Part shown: positions 52,963 through 60,841 of the stretch, one piece after another | Layout of the letters: each line of letters begins with the position of its first letter | Position numbering within the stretch: position 1 is the stretch's first letter | Assembly: GCA_036563665.1 (NCBI GenBank) | Contig: DATCLY010000043.1 | Span: 7,012 to 71,011, forward strand | Direction: 5' to 3' | Origin: Gammaproteobacteria bacterium | GTDB taxonomy: Bacteria > Pseudomonadota > Gammaproteobacteria > Steroidobacterales > Rariloculaceae | DNA: 64,000 nucleotides | Translations under genes and position numbers: made by a program | The notes under the pieces: generated by a model | What the model was told of the DNA's origin: nothing | What the model saw: the letters and a program-made list of their open reading frames with translations, nothing else | Databases searched by the model: none

Positions 52963-54504
52963 GTGGCGCTCGCGAGGCTCCTCTCCCGCGGCCAGTCCGG
53001 TCTCGACGCCTACGAGGTCACCGTCGAGGTTCACATCGCGAACGGCTTGCCCGGCTTCGCGGTGACGGGCCTGCCGGCCGCCGCCGTGCGCGAAAGCAAG
53101 GACCGCGTGCGGGCGGCGCTCGACACCTGCGGCTTCGGCGCGCCGACTCGCCGCGTGACCGTGCATCTCGGGCCGGCCGACGTGCCGAAGGAGGGCGGCC
53201 GGTTCGACCTCGCCATCGCCCTCGGAGTGATCGCGGCGGAGCGGCACCGCGGCTGGGACACGCGGGACTACGAGTTCCTCGGGGAGCTCGCGCTGAACGG
53301 CGAGCTGCGCCCCATCGTGGGCGCGTTGCCGGCCGCGCTCGCGGCGCACGGGGCCGGCCGGAAGCTCGTGCTGCCGGTCGGCAACGCCGCGGAAGCGGCG
53401 CTCGTCACCGGCGGCGAGATCTACGCGGCGAGAAGCCTCGTCGAGGTGGTGGAGCACCTCGACGGCGGACAGCCGCTCGAGCGCGCGCGCGCGGATCAGC
53501 GACCGGCCGCCGCGCCGAAAATCCTCGATCTCGCGGACGTGCGGGGACAGGCACACGCGAAGCGCGCGCTGGTCATCGCGGCGGCTGGCGCCCACTCGCT
53601 GCTGATGGTAGGTCCGCCCGGCAGCGGCAAGAGCATGCTCGCCGAGCGGCTGCCCGGGCTGCTGCCGTCGCTCACGCTCGATGAGATGTTCTGCGCGGCC
53701 AGCATCGCGTCCGTCGCCGGCCAGCCGCTGCCGGGCGTGGTGAGCTTGGCGCGGCCGTTCCGCGCGCCGCACCATACGACGTCGCCGCAGGCGCTCGTCG
53801 GGGGCGGCTCGCACCCGCGGCCCGGGGAGGTGTCGCTCGCCCACCTCGGCGTGCTGTTCCTCGACGAGCTGCCGGAATTCTCCCGCACCGCGCTCGAGGC
53901 GCTGCGCGAGCCCATCGAGACCGGCGTCGTGCGCGTGTCGCGCGTGCGCGGGCAGGTGACATTCCCGGCGGAGTTCCAGCTCGTGGCCGCCATGAATCCC
54001 TGCCCGTGCGGCTACCGGGGCGACGGCACGGAGCGCTGCCAGTGCTCGCCGCCGCGCGTGGAGCAGTATCGCGCGCGGATCTCAGGCCCGCTGCTCGACC
54101 GCTTCGACCTGCAGATCGAGGTGCCGCGGGTCGGCTTCGCCGAGATCGCGGCGCCGCCGCCGCAGGGCGGCGAGTCCGCGGCGTTGCGCCGCGTGGTGGA
54201 GCGCGTTCGACGCCGGCAGCTCGAGCGGCAAGGCACCGTCAACGCCCGGCTGTCCGCGGCCGACGTGTGGCGGTCGATCCCGCTCGGGCGCGAAGCGCGC
54301 GCGCTGCTGAAGCGAGCAGTCGATCGGTGGCAGCTCTCGGGCCGGAGCGTGGTCCGCATCATCAAGGTGGCACGGACCATCGCCGATCTCGCCGAGAGCG
54401 ACGCCGTCGAAGCGCGGCATTTGGGCGAGGCCATCCAGCTCCGTTGCCTCGACCGGGCGCAGCCGGCCCCGCTGCCGCTGCCCCAGCGTAGCGAGGGGAC
54501 CTGA
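52963..54504 (+). CDS. comM: YifB/ComM family Mg-chelatase-like AAA+ ATPase
   Basis: VRESKDRVRAAL, KEGGRFDLAIALG, GPPGSGKSML, RAPHHT, GEVSLAHLGVLFLDELPEF, AMNPCPCG and ISGPLLDRFDL. Confidence 0.96.
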   Translation: MALARLLSRGQSGLDAYEVTVEVHIANGLPGFAVTGLPAAAVRESKDRVRAALDTCGFGAPTRRVTVHLGPADVPKEGGRFDLAIALGVIAAERHRGWDTRDYEFLGELALNGELRPIVGALPAALAAHGAGRKLVLPVGNAAEAALVTGGEIYAARSLVEVVEHLDGGQPLERARADQRPAAAPKILDLADVRGQAHAKRALVIAAAGAHSLLMVGPPGSGKSMLAERLPGLLPSLTLDEMFCAASIASVAGQPLPGVVSLARPFRAPHHTTSPQALVGGGSHPRPGEVSLAHLGVLFLDELPEFSRTALEALREPIETGVVRVSRVRGQVTFPAEFQLVAAMNPCPCGYRGDGTERCQCSPPRVEQYRARISGPLLDRFDLQIEVPRVGFAEIAAPPPQGGESAALRRVVERVRRRQLERQGTVNARLSAADVWRSIPLGREARALLKRAVDRWQLSGRSVVRIIKVARTIADLAESDAVEARHLGEAIQLRCLDRAQPAPLPLPQRSEGT

Positions 54505-54547
54505 CCCTTGCGCTATACTGGCGCCCGCTCGAGACAGGGGTCCGGTT

Positions 54548-55063
54548 GTGCGCCAACACGATCAGCAATTCTTCGACAGCTTCATGCTCGTTATCGGCAT
54601 CCTCCTCGGCGTGACCGTGGGGCTCATACTCCTCGCGCGCGCCGTGCAGCTGGACACGCAGAGCCAGTTCATGCTCGAAGACCCGGTCGTGCAGGCGGCG
54701 ATCGAGGAACGCATTCGGCCCGTCGGCGAGGTGGCGCTGATCGGCGAGGTGGAGCAGGAGGCGGCCGCCGCGGCCGCCGTGCAGCCGGAGCAGGTGGCCG
54801 CGCCGATGTCCGGCCCGCAGGTCTTCAACGCGGCCTGCTATCTCTGTCACTCCGCGCCCGGCGTGGGCGGCGCACCGGTGGTCGGCGACGCGTCCGCCTG
54901 GGGGCCGCGCATCGAGCAAGGCCTGGACGTGCTGGTGCAGCACGCGCTCAACGGCTACCAGGGCCAGGCCGGCTTCATGCCTCCCAAGGGCGGCCGCGTG
55001 GACCTCTCCGACGAGGAGGTCAGGGCCGCCGTGGAGTACATGGTCGAGCAGGTGCAGCAGTAA
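54548..55063 (+). CDS. Cytochrome c5 family protein
   Basis: N-terminal TM helix, ERIRPVG, CYLCH heme motif, GAP and MPPKGG. Confidence 0.93.
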   Translation: MRQHDQQFFDSFMLVIGILLGVTVGLILLARAVQLDTQSQFMLEDPVVQAAIEERIRPVGEVALIGEVEQEAAAAAAVQPEQVAAPMSGPQVFNAACYLCHSAPGVGGAPVVGDASAWGPRIEQGLDVLVQHALNGYQGQAGFMPPKGGRVDLSDEEVRAAVEYMVEQVQQ

Positions 55064-55080
55064 GGCGCGAGCGCGCTACC

Positions 55081-55106
55081 GCGGGCGGCTTTCCAGCCGC
55101 GGTCTT
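55081..55106 (+). repeat. Degenerate REP copy between cytochrome c5 and tRNA
   Basis: GCGGGCGGCTTTCCAGCCGCGGTCTT versus GCGGGAGCGGCTTTCCAGCCGCGATCTT at 17191. Confidence 0.7.
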
Positions 55107-55171
55107 TGCGCCAGAGCCCGGAGTTGCGCCTCTAAAGACGCTTGCCTTGCGCGGCTTCGCCGCCGGGTGAT

Positions 55172-55247
55172 TGGCGCGCCCGGAGGGATTTGAACCCCCG
55201 ACCCCTGCCTCCGGAGGGCAGTGCTCTATCCGCTGAGCTACGGGCGC
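55172..55247 (-). tRNA. tRNA-Arg (anticodon CCG)
   Basis: GCGCCCGTAGCTCAGCGGATAGAGCACTGCCCTCCGGAGGCAGGGGTCGGGGGTTCAAATCCCTCCGGGCGCGCCA folds into a 76-nt cloverleaf with encoded CCA. Confidence 0.97.
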
Positions 55248-55329
55248 GGCGAGCGCCAGTATAGCGGACTCGACCCGCGCGGCGCCCGCCGCGCGGCCCG
55301 CTCACCGCTCGGGCCTCTCCGCTACGGCG

Positions 55330-55761
55330 CTACGGCAGCAGCCAGCCCCAGAGGTTGCCGTCGGGCGCGGCCTCGCTGTCGATCTGCAGGTACAGCCTGC
55401 GCTCCCGCAGCGCTTCCACGAGCTCCCGCGTGAGCTCGACTTGCGCTTCGAACGAGCCGTCGGTGGCCGCGGGCACGGGGACGTCCGCCACGGCGGGGCC
55501 GCGCACGCCGAGCACGGGGCCACGGTGCAGCCGCGCGGCGACGGCGGGTCCCTTGAGCCCGGCGAACCGGCCGGACAGCGTGAGGCGGCGCCCGTCGAGC
55601 GTGGCGGTCGCCTCGCCCGCGCCCGTGACGTTGGCGCGGGTCGCGGTCTCGATGGGCACGGTCGTGAGGCGGACGCGGAAGGTTTCCTGCGCGGACGCCG
55701 CGAAGCTCGCGAGAGCGAGGCTCAGCAACCCGGCAGCCGTCGCGACGCGCCGAACGTTCAC
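55330..55761 (-). CDS. CHRD domain secreted protein
   Basis: Signal peptide, GAGEATATL, AARLHRG and LYLQIDSEAAPDGNLWGWL. Confidence 0.85.
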   Translation of the reverse strand: MNVRRVATAAGLLSLALASFAASAQETFRVRLTTVPIETATRANVTGAGEATATLDGRRLTLSGRFAGLKGPAVAARLHRGPVLGVRGPAVADVPVPAATDGSFEAQVELTRELVEALRERRLYLQIDSEAAPDGNLWGWLLP

Positions 55762-55765
55762 GCGT

Positions 55766-56029
55766 TCACTCCCGCGTCGCGAGACGCCCGGAGTTCCACA
55801 GCGATTCGAACTCCGCTTGCGACACGTTGCTCGTCAGCATGGGCAACGAGAGCCGCACGAGACCGAACCAGCCCGGCCGGCGGTCGGTGGGCACGAGCTG
55901 ATGCGTGACGAGACCGTGATCGTCCACGCCGACCTCGCGCTGCACCCAACCGTCCTCGTCCACCTCGGTGTACAGCGCCTGCATGTCCAGCGTGGCGAGG
56001 TCGCTCGAGGTCCACTTGAGATAGATCAT
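55766..56029 (-). CDS. Small hypothetical protein (88 codons)
   Basis: MIYLKWTSSDLATLDMQALYTEVDEDGWVQREVG...SQAEFESLW; protein-like composition from ATG 56029. Confidence 0.7.
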   Translation of the reverse strand: MIYLKWTSSDLATLDMQALYTEVDEDGWVQREVGVDDHGLVTHQLVPTDRRPGWFGLVRLSLPMLTSNVSQAEFESLWNSGRLATRE

Positions 56030-56244
56030 GGTGCCGCCGTCGACGCGTGAGGAGCGTAGGCGAGAGTATACGTCGGCGTCACGGCGGACGGTGCGCGGGA
56101 CGCAATCGGGCGTGGGACGCGAGATCGTACTATGCCGCTGTCGCCGCCGACATCGAAACCGCTTCGACGCCTCGCGCCGAAGCGCGAACGAACTCAAAGC
56201 GCGGGTGGTCGGCGCGTCAAGCGCCGCTCACCCGGCTGCGCGGC

Positions 56245-56496
56245 TCAACGCCGCTCGCGGGGGCGAGCCTCGTTGATGCGCAGCGTGCGTCCGCCCAGGT
56301 CCTTGCCGTTCAGTTGCGCGATCGCAGCTTCGGCTTCGCTTTGGTTCGGCATCTCGACGAAACCGAACCCCCTGGAGCGACCCGTCTCGCGATCGATCAA
56401 GATCTTGACCGAAGAAACTTCCCCGAATGCGGCAAAGGCTTCGCGAAGCTCCCCCTCGCTCATGCCGTATGACAGGTTCCCGACGTAGATATTCAT
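56245..56496 (-). CDS. Single-RRM RNA-binding protein
   Basis: RNP2 IYVGNL, RNP1 RGFGFVEM, DRETGRSRG and LRINEARP. Confidence 0.96.
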   Translation of the reverse strand: MNIYVGNLSYGMSEGELREAFAAFGEVSSVKILIDRETGRSRGFGFVEMPNQSEAEAAIAQLNGKDLGGRTLRINEARPRERR

Positions 56497-56503
56497 TCCA
56501 AGC

Positions 56504-56570
56504 TCTCACGCCGTTGCCACAACGCACTTCTCTAGCAGCTCAATCGACGGCGTGAGATCAAGCGCTAGAG
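56504..56570 (-). promoter_or_regulatory. Structured 5' leader of the RRM gene with H-type pseudoknot topology
   Basis: 11-bp stem 56547-56557 / 56504-56514 interleaved with a 7-bp stem 56564-56570 / 56530-56536; ends 7 nt before the AUG. Confidence 0.45.
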
Positions 56571-56735
56571 CGGTGGATCAATTTCTTTTGTCGTTATTGT
56601 GTGAGCGCACTGTTCCGCAAGCGCCAGACCTTGACCTACCGAACCGCGCCCTCGCTTCGTTGCTCGGGCGTGTCCTGACTCTACGGCGGCCCACCCCGAC
56701 CGGTCAATCCCGCATCCGGTACCGCACGACCGGGT

Positions 56736-57176
56736 TCAGTTTTCGTCCCGACGCCTCCGCCGATCGCACGCGACATAAGCCCAGGACCACGTGCAGAGCG
56801 CGGCGAGCGCCGCGAGCCAAACGTAAAATCCAACTCGCCAGTCAAGTTGCGGCACCGCCATGCCCGCCGCGCGTGCGGTGTCCGCGGCGAAGAAGCTGCT
56901 CAACCCGAGCAGCAACGCAACGGCGGACAGCACGCCGGCGGCGCGCGCCATTCCTGCGGCACCGAGCAGCGCCGCGACGACGAACAGCGGATTGGCATAC
57001 CACGCGTAGACGTGCGCGCGCGCGGCGCGAAAGCCGCCGAGCAGCAGATCGAGCCCCGCATACGTCTGACCGGACGACGCGATTTGCACGGCGGGGAGCG
57101 CGAGCGACGCGGCCCAGAGCACGGCGATCGCGACGAACGCCGCGCGTCGCGGCGGCAAGCGCCACGCCGACGGCAC
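56736..57176 (-). CDS. Hypothetical four-TM membrane protein
   Basis: Hydrophobic helices, AWYANPLF and GFYVWLAA. GTG 57176 overlaps the upstream TAG. Confidence 0.75.
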   Translation of the reverse strand: MPSAWRLPPRRAAFVAIAVLWAASLALPAVQIASSGQTYAGLDLLLGGFRAARAHVYAWYANPLFVVAALLGAAGMARAAGVLSAVALLLGLSSFFAADTARAAGMAVPQLDWRVGFYVWLAALAALCTWSWAYVACDRRRRRDEN

Positions 57177-57652
57177 TAGGGGGAGAGCCGCTCCACGCGC
57201 GTGAGCCGCAAGTCGAGCTCGTCGCCGATGAACTCGGCGTCGTAATCGATGTAGAGCTCGGCCGGATAGCCCAGGGTCGCATCGTAGCGCGCGCGCACCG
57301 TGGCGCCGCGCTCGATCGCGCTCTCGAGCAGATCGAAGAGACCTTCCATGGTCCAGTAGTACTGCAGGTTGCGGTCCTCGGCCGGCACCTCGAGCGCGTA
57401 ATCCTGGGGCCGGTGACGCACGCGCACGACCTCGCCGCCGCGAATCGTCACCAGCGTCTCGGGCGGCGCCTCGCGATGGCATTCGCAGAACTTGCGGTAG
57501 CCGTACTCGTAGTCGCCGAGCGCCGCGGCCCGCCACCGCGCGCGGGCGGCCTCGAGCTCGGCCGCGGGCCCTTCGGCGGCCGCGGCGGCGCCGGCGAGCG
57601 CGCCGCCGAGCACGAGGAGGCTTAGGAGCATTCGCGTCGTCATCGGTTGCAC
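57176..57652 (-). CDS. DUF6174-like secreted protein
   Basis: Signal peptide, W...DYEY....CEC, TMEGLFD, YDATLGYP and IGDE pattern. Confidence 0.8.
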   Translation of the reverse strand: MQPMTTRMLLSLLVLGGALAGAAAAAEGPAAELEAARARWRAAALGDYEYGYRKFCECHREAPPETLVTIRGGEVVRVRHRPQDYALEVPAEDRNLQYYWTMEGLFDLLESAIERGATVRARYDATLGYPAELYIDYDAEFIGDELDLRLTRVERLSP

Positions 57653-57706
57653 CGGCTTCGCTTCACGACCGCCGCATGATACAGCGCGTCCGCGCCGTGC
57701 GGCATC

Positions 57707-57889
57707 TCACTCGAGGATGCAGTGCCGCGCGAAGTCGAGCGCTTCGTTCGCCGTCCAGTCGCCCCGCGGCTTCTCGCGCATCGCCTCGCACCAGCGCGGC
57801 GAGCCCACCTCGGGCGCGCAGCCGGCGAGGACCGCGACGCCGAGCGCGCAGAGCCATACGAGCCTCAGAGCAGGCAGCAGCGTGTGCAT
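57707..57889 (-). CDS. DUF3012 family lipoprotein
   Basis: Lipobox LAGC, then APEVGSPRWCEAMREKPRGDWTANEALDFARHC. Confidence 0.9.
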   Translation of the reverse strand: MHTLLPALRLVWLCALGVAVLAGCAPEVGSPRWCEAMREKPRGDWTANEALDFARHCILE

Positions 57890-57925
57890 GTCGTTTCCTT
57901 CTGCAAAAAGCCGGCGCACGGGCGC

Positions 57926-58306
57926 TCAAGGCAGCGGCGGCAGCTCCGCGACGTGCTGCTCCCAGTGCGCGCCGTCGAACGGGGTGACGGTCATGCCGCG
58001 CACGGTGCCGGGGTCCAGGCAGCGGGCGTTCACGCTGATCCCGTCGGGATGCGAGCGCGGCACGTAGAACGATTTGACGCCGCAGTAGCGGCAGAACAGG
58101 TGCCGCGCGGTGCCGGTATTGAAGCGGTAGCACGTGAGATGCTCTTCCCCCGTGAGCAGCGTGAAATCGCTGCGCGGCACGATGAAATGCAGGTACCCCA
58201 CCTTGGAGCAGATCGAGCAGTTGCACTCCGTCACCGCGAGCTCCGCCGGCCCGCGCACCGCGAAGCGCACGCGGCCGCAATGGCAGCCGCCGAAATGCGT
58301 GGTCAT
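57926..58306 (-). CDS. GFA (glutathione-dependent formaldehyde-activating / CENP-V) family protein
   Basis: GGCHCGRVRF, CNCSICSK, FCRYCG and VNARCLD. Confidence 0.93.
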   Translation of the reverse strand: MTTHFGGCHCGRVRFAVRGPAELAVTECNCSICSKVGYLHFIVPRSDFTLLTGEEHLTCYRFNTGTARHLFCRYCGVKSFYVPRSHPDGISVNARCLDPGTVRGMTVTPFDGAHWEQHVAELPPLP

Positions 58307-58683
58307 TGCCGCACCTCACCGCCCGCCTCGGCGGGCACCTTGTCCGTCATGCGGCGCGCGGCGAAGACGAGCGCCGCCGCGACCGGAAACCCGAAGTCGA
58401 GCATCGCGACGTAGCGCAGCCAGTGATCCGTCGTGAGCCAGAAGAAGCCCACGGGGAAGAACGACGCGAGGAACACGAGCACGAGCACGACCGCGTGCCC
58501 GCGATGCGCGGCGATGGCGCCGATCAGCGCTAACAGCGCCATCAGCAGCGCGCCGACGAAGCTCACGCCCGACAGCCGGATGCCGGCCGACGGCACCCAC
58601 ATGGCGTAGCTCCACGCGAGCGCCGCCACCCCGCCGCAGCCGACGCCGACGATCCGGGCGATCCAGAGGAGGGTGCGCGCCAC
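58303..58683 (-). CDS. Hypothetical membrane protein
   Basis: Four hydrophobic segments; ATGA-type overlap with the GFA gene. Confidence 0.7.
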   Translation of the reverse strand: MARTLLWIARIVGVGCGGVAALAWSYAMWVPSAGIRLSGVSFVGALLMALLALIGAIAAHRGHAVVLVLVFLASFFPVGFFWLTTDHWLRYVAMLDFGFPVAAALVFAARRMTDKVPAEAGGEVRQ

Positions 58684-58684
58684 G

Positions 58685-59011
58685 TTAGCTTCCCTGCGCG
58701 CCGAACAGGCGCAGCCCCGCGATGCCCATGACGATGAGCACGATGCTCACGATCCGCAAGGCGTCGCGCGACTCGCCGAAGAACGCCATCCCGAGCGCGG
58801 CCACGCCGACCGCGCCGATGCCGGTCCACACCGCGTACGCCGTGCCCACCGGGATCGAGCGCATGGCGAGCGCGAGCAGCCTGAAGCTCGCCACCATGGC
58901 GACGATCGTGAAGACCGACGGCCACAGCCGCGTGAAGCCGTTGCTGAGCTTGAGGCCGACGGCCCAGGCGCACTCGAGGAGGCCCGCGACGACCAGATAG
59001 AACCACGCCAT
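58685..59011 (-). CDS. sugE: SMR family exporter, Gdx/SugE subtype
   Basis: [21 protein letters not shown] (conserved membrane Glu), [13 protein letters not shown] and GE...RI. Confidence 0.92.
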   Translation of the reverse strand: MAWFYLVVAGLLECAWAVGLKLSNGFTRLWPSVFTIVAMVASFRLLALAMRSIPVGTAYAVWTGIGAVGVAALGMAFFGESRDALRIVSIVLIVMGIAGLRLFGAQGS

Positions 59012-59054
59012 GGTGCGGGGAGTGTAGCCGCGCTGCGGCACGCCGCGCGACGGC

Positions 59055-59261
59055 TCAGTCGGTCGCGATGACGAAGGCGGCCGCGAGCAGCGCGATGCCG
59101 ACGCCTATGCCCAACCCCGCGCCGATCGCGCCGCCGATGGCCGCGTTGCCGAGCACGGCGCCGACGAGCAGGCCCACCACGGGGCCCCAGAGCGCGCCGA
59201 CCGGCAGGGCCCACGCGCCCCAGCGGGGAAACCGCCTCCGCCTGTCCGTCTCGCGGCCCAT
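59055..59261 (-). CDS. Small glycine-zipper-like membrane protein
   Basis: Basic N-terminus and two Gly-rich hydrophobic helices. Confidence 0.6.
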   Translation of the reverse strand: MGRETDRRRRFPRWGAWALPVGALWGPVVGLLVGAVLGNAAIGGAIGAGLGIGVGIALLAAAFVIATD

Positions 59262-59325
59262 CGTGCCGTCCCGCCGGGCGATGACTCCATCATACGCCCC
59301 CGGAGCGCGGGCGTCGGCGGGGCGG

Positions 59326-59631
59326 CTAGTACGGCGGGACGTCGCGGCCTTCGACGATCTCCGTGCGGCGGAAGATGCGCGCCCGGCGCTCGGCCAGGGC
59401 CTGCATGCCGGGATCGGCGCGGTACGCGGCGAGGCTCGCGGCGTCGGGGAAGCTCACGACGTGCACCTCGAACGGGGCATCCGGCGAGCCCGAGGTGATG
59501 CGGATCGCCCGCTCGATCTTGCCGCCGTGGCGCTGCTGGATCTTCGCGATCTCGCGCTCGAACTCCTCGAATGCGGCCACTTGCCCTTCCTGCAGCCACA
59601 CGCTCACCACCAGCACCACGCGTTCGCTCAT
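59326..59631 (-). CDS. DUF1330-like dimeric alpha-beta barrel protein
   Basis: QRHGGKI, VHVVSFPD and AYRADP pattern. Confidence 0.75.
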   Translation of the reverse strand: MSERVVLVVSVWLQEGQVAAFEEFEREIAKIQQRHGGKIERAIRITSGSPDAPFEVHVVSFPDAASLAAYRADPGMQALAERRARIFRRTEIVEGRDVPPY

Positions 59632-59680
59632 CGGTCCTCCTCACGATCAGGCCGGGACGCCGATTGTGCCCGAAGACGCG

Positions 59681-59719
59681 GAAGATCGCGGCTCGAAAGC
59701 CGCTCCCACCGGCTTCGTT
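59681..59719 (+). repeat. REP copy between GGDEF and DUF1330 genes
   Basis: ATCGCGGCTCGAAAGCCGCTCCCACCGGCTTCGTT (59685-59719) matches 17146-17180 at 33 of 35 positions. Confidence 0.85.
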
Positions 59720-59746
59720 GGGCGCCTGCGAGAACCGCGAACGTCG

Positions 59747-60808
59747 TCAGCGCCGCCTGAAGATCAGCTTGCCCTTGGGGGGCTCGCGGAGCTCCTTGTC
59801 CTTGTACATCGCCCGGTCCGCGGCCGTCATGACGGTCTGGAGCGCGATGCCGTCCCGGGGGAACGTGCCGACGCCGACGCTCACTTTCACCCGGACGATC
59901 TTCACGTCCACCTCGAGCGTGGTGGAGAACACCACGTTGCGAATCCGCTGCGCGATCTCCTCGGCGGCCTCCGCGTTCGCCCCGGGCAGCAGCACGATGA
60001 ACTCGTCGCCGCCGAAACGCGCCGCGACGTCCGTTTTGCGCGTGATGCGCAGCAGCGCGTCGCCCACGAGCTTGATCGCGCGATTGCCGGCCTCGTGCCC
60101 GAACGTGTCGTTGATGGCCTTCAACCCGTCGAGGTCCACCATGAGCACGGAGTACGACCCGCCCCCGCGGCTCGCGAGCTCGTGCTCGCGCTCCGCGACC
60201 CGTTTGAACGCGCGCATGTTGTAGAGCCCGGTGAGCTCGTCGCGGTCGGACAGCGCGCGGATGCGCTCCGTGGCCGTGTTGATGCTCTCGGCGAGCCGCG
60301 TGGTGAGCAGCGCCACCAGCACGAACGGCGCGAGCACCGTGAACGCGCCGGTCGCGACCGCCGGGGTGAGCCCTTGGGCCTCGAGCGCCGCGCTCCCGAG
60401 ATAGCTCATGGCCACGAGCAGCACGACGAGCACCGTGGCGCGCCTGCCGAGCGCGAGCGCCGCCGTCACGATGGGCAGCAGATACAGGTTCACCAGCGCG
60501 CTCGAGGCCGCCCCGGCGAGCACGACCACGCCCGTCACGAAGGCGATCATGAGCGCGACCTCGACGCACAGCTTGAGCCGCGGCCGGCCCGCGAGCGGCT
60601 TCGCGTAGCGGAACACGAGCACGAGCCCCGCGAACGTCACGAGCGTAGCCAGCATGAGCACGTCGGCGGCCAGGTTCGGACTCGCCACGAACAGGTACAG
60701 CAGCACGAGGATCAGCAGCAGCCATTCCACCTCGACCACGCTGCGGGCAAAGCCCTGGAGCTGCGCCTGCTCGATCTCGACGCTGCGAGGCAACGAATCG
60801 CGGCTCAT
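59747..60808 (-). CDS. Membrane-bound GGDEF (diguanylate cyclase family) protein
   Basis: N-terminal TM bundle, DELTGLYN, VDLDGLKAINDTFGH, RxxD I-site (RKTD) and RFGGDEF. Confidence 0.94.
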   Translation of the reverse strand: MSRDSLPRSVEIEQAQLQGFARSVVEVEWLLLILVLLYLFVASPNLAADVLMLATLVTFAGLVLVFRYAKPLAGRPRLKLCVEVALMIAFVTGVVVLAGAASSALVNLYLLPIVTAALALGRRATVLVVLLVAMSYLGSAALEAQGLTPAVATGAFTVLAPFVLVALLTTRLAESINTATERIRALSDRDELTGLYNMRAFKRVAEREHELASRGGGSYSVLMVDLDGLKAINDTFGHEAGNRAIKLVGDALLRITRKTDVAARFGGDEFIVLLPGANAEAAEEIAQRIRNVVFSTTLEVDVKIVRVKVSVGVGTFPRDGIALQTVMTAADRAMYKDKELREPPKGKLIFRRR

Positions 60809-60841
60809 CCGGGTCTTTCGAGACGGGATCGGACGCGCCCG

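Noticed and set aside
55172-55247. tRNA-Arg as an integration site of a genomic island
   Set aside because: No integrase, no duplicated tRNA 3' end seen in the window, and core genes lie directly at the tRNA 3' side.
56096-56120. Repeated GGGACGC upstream of the 88-codon gene
   Set aside because: Only 7 bp, two copies, GC-rich; not distinguishable from chance.
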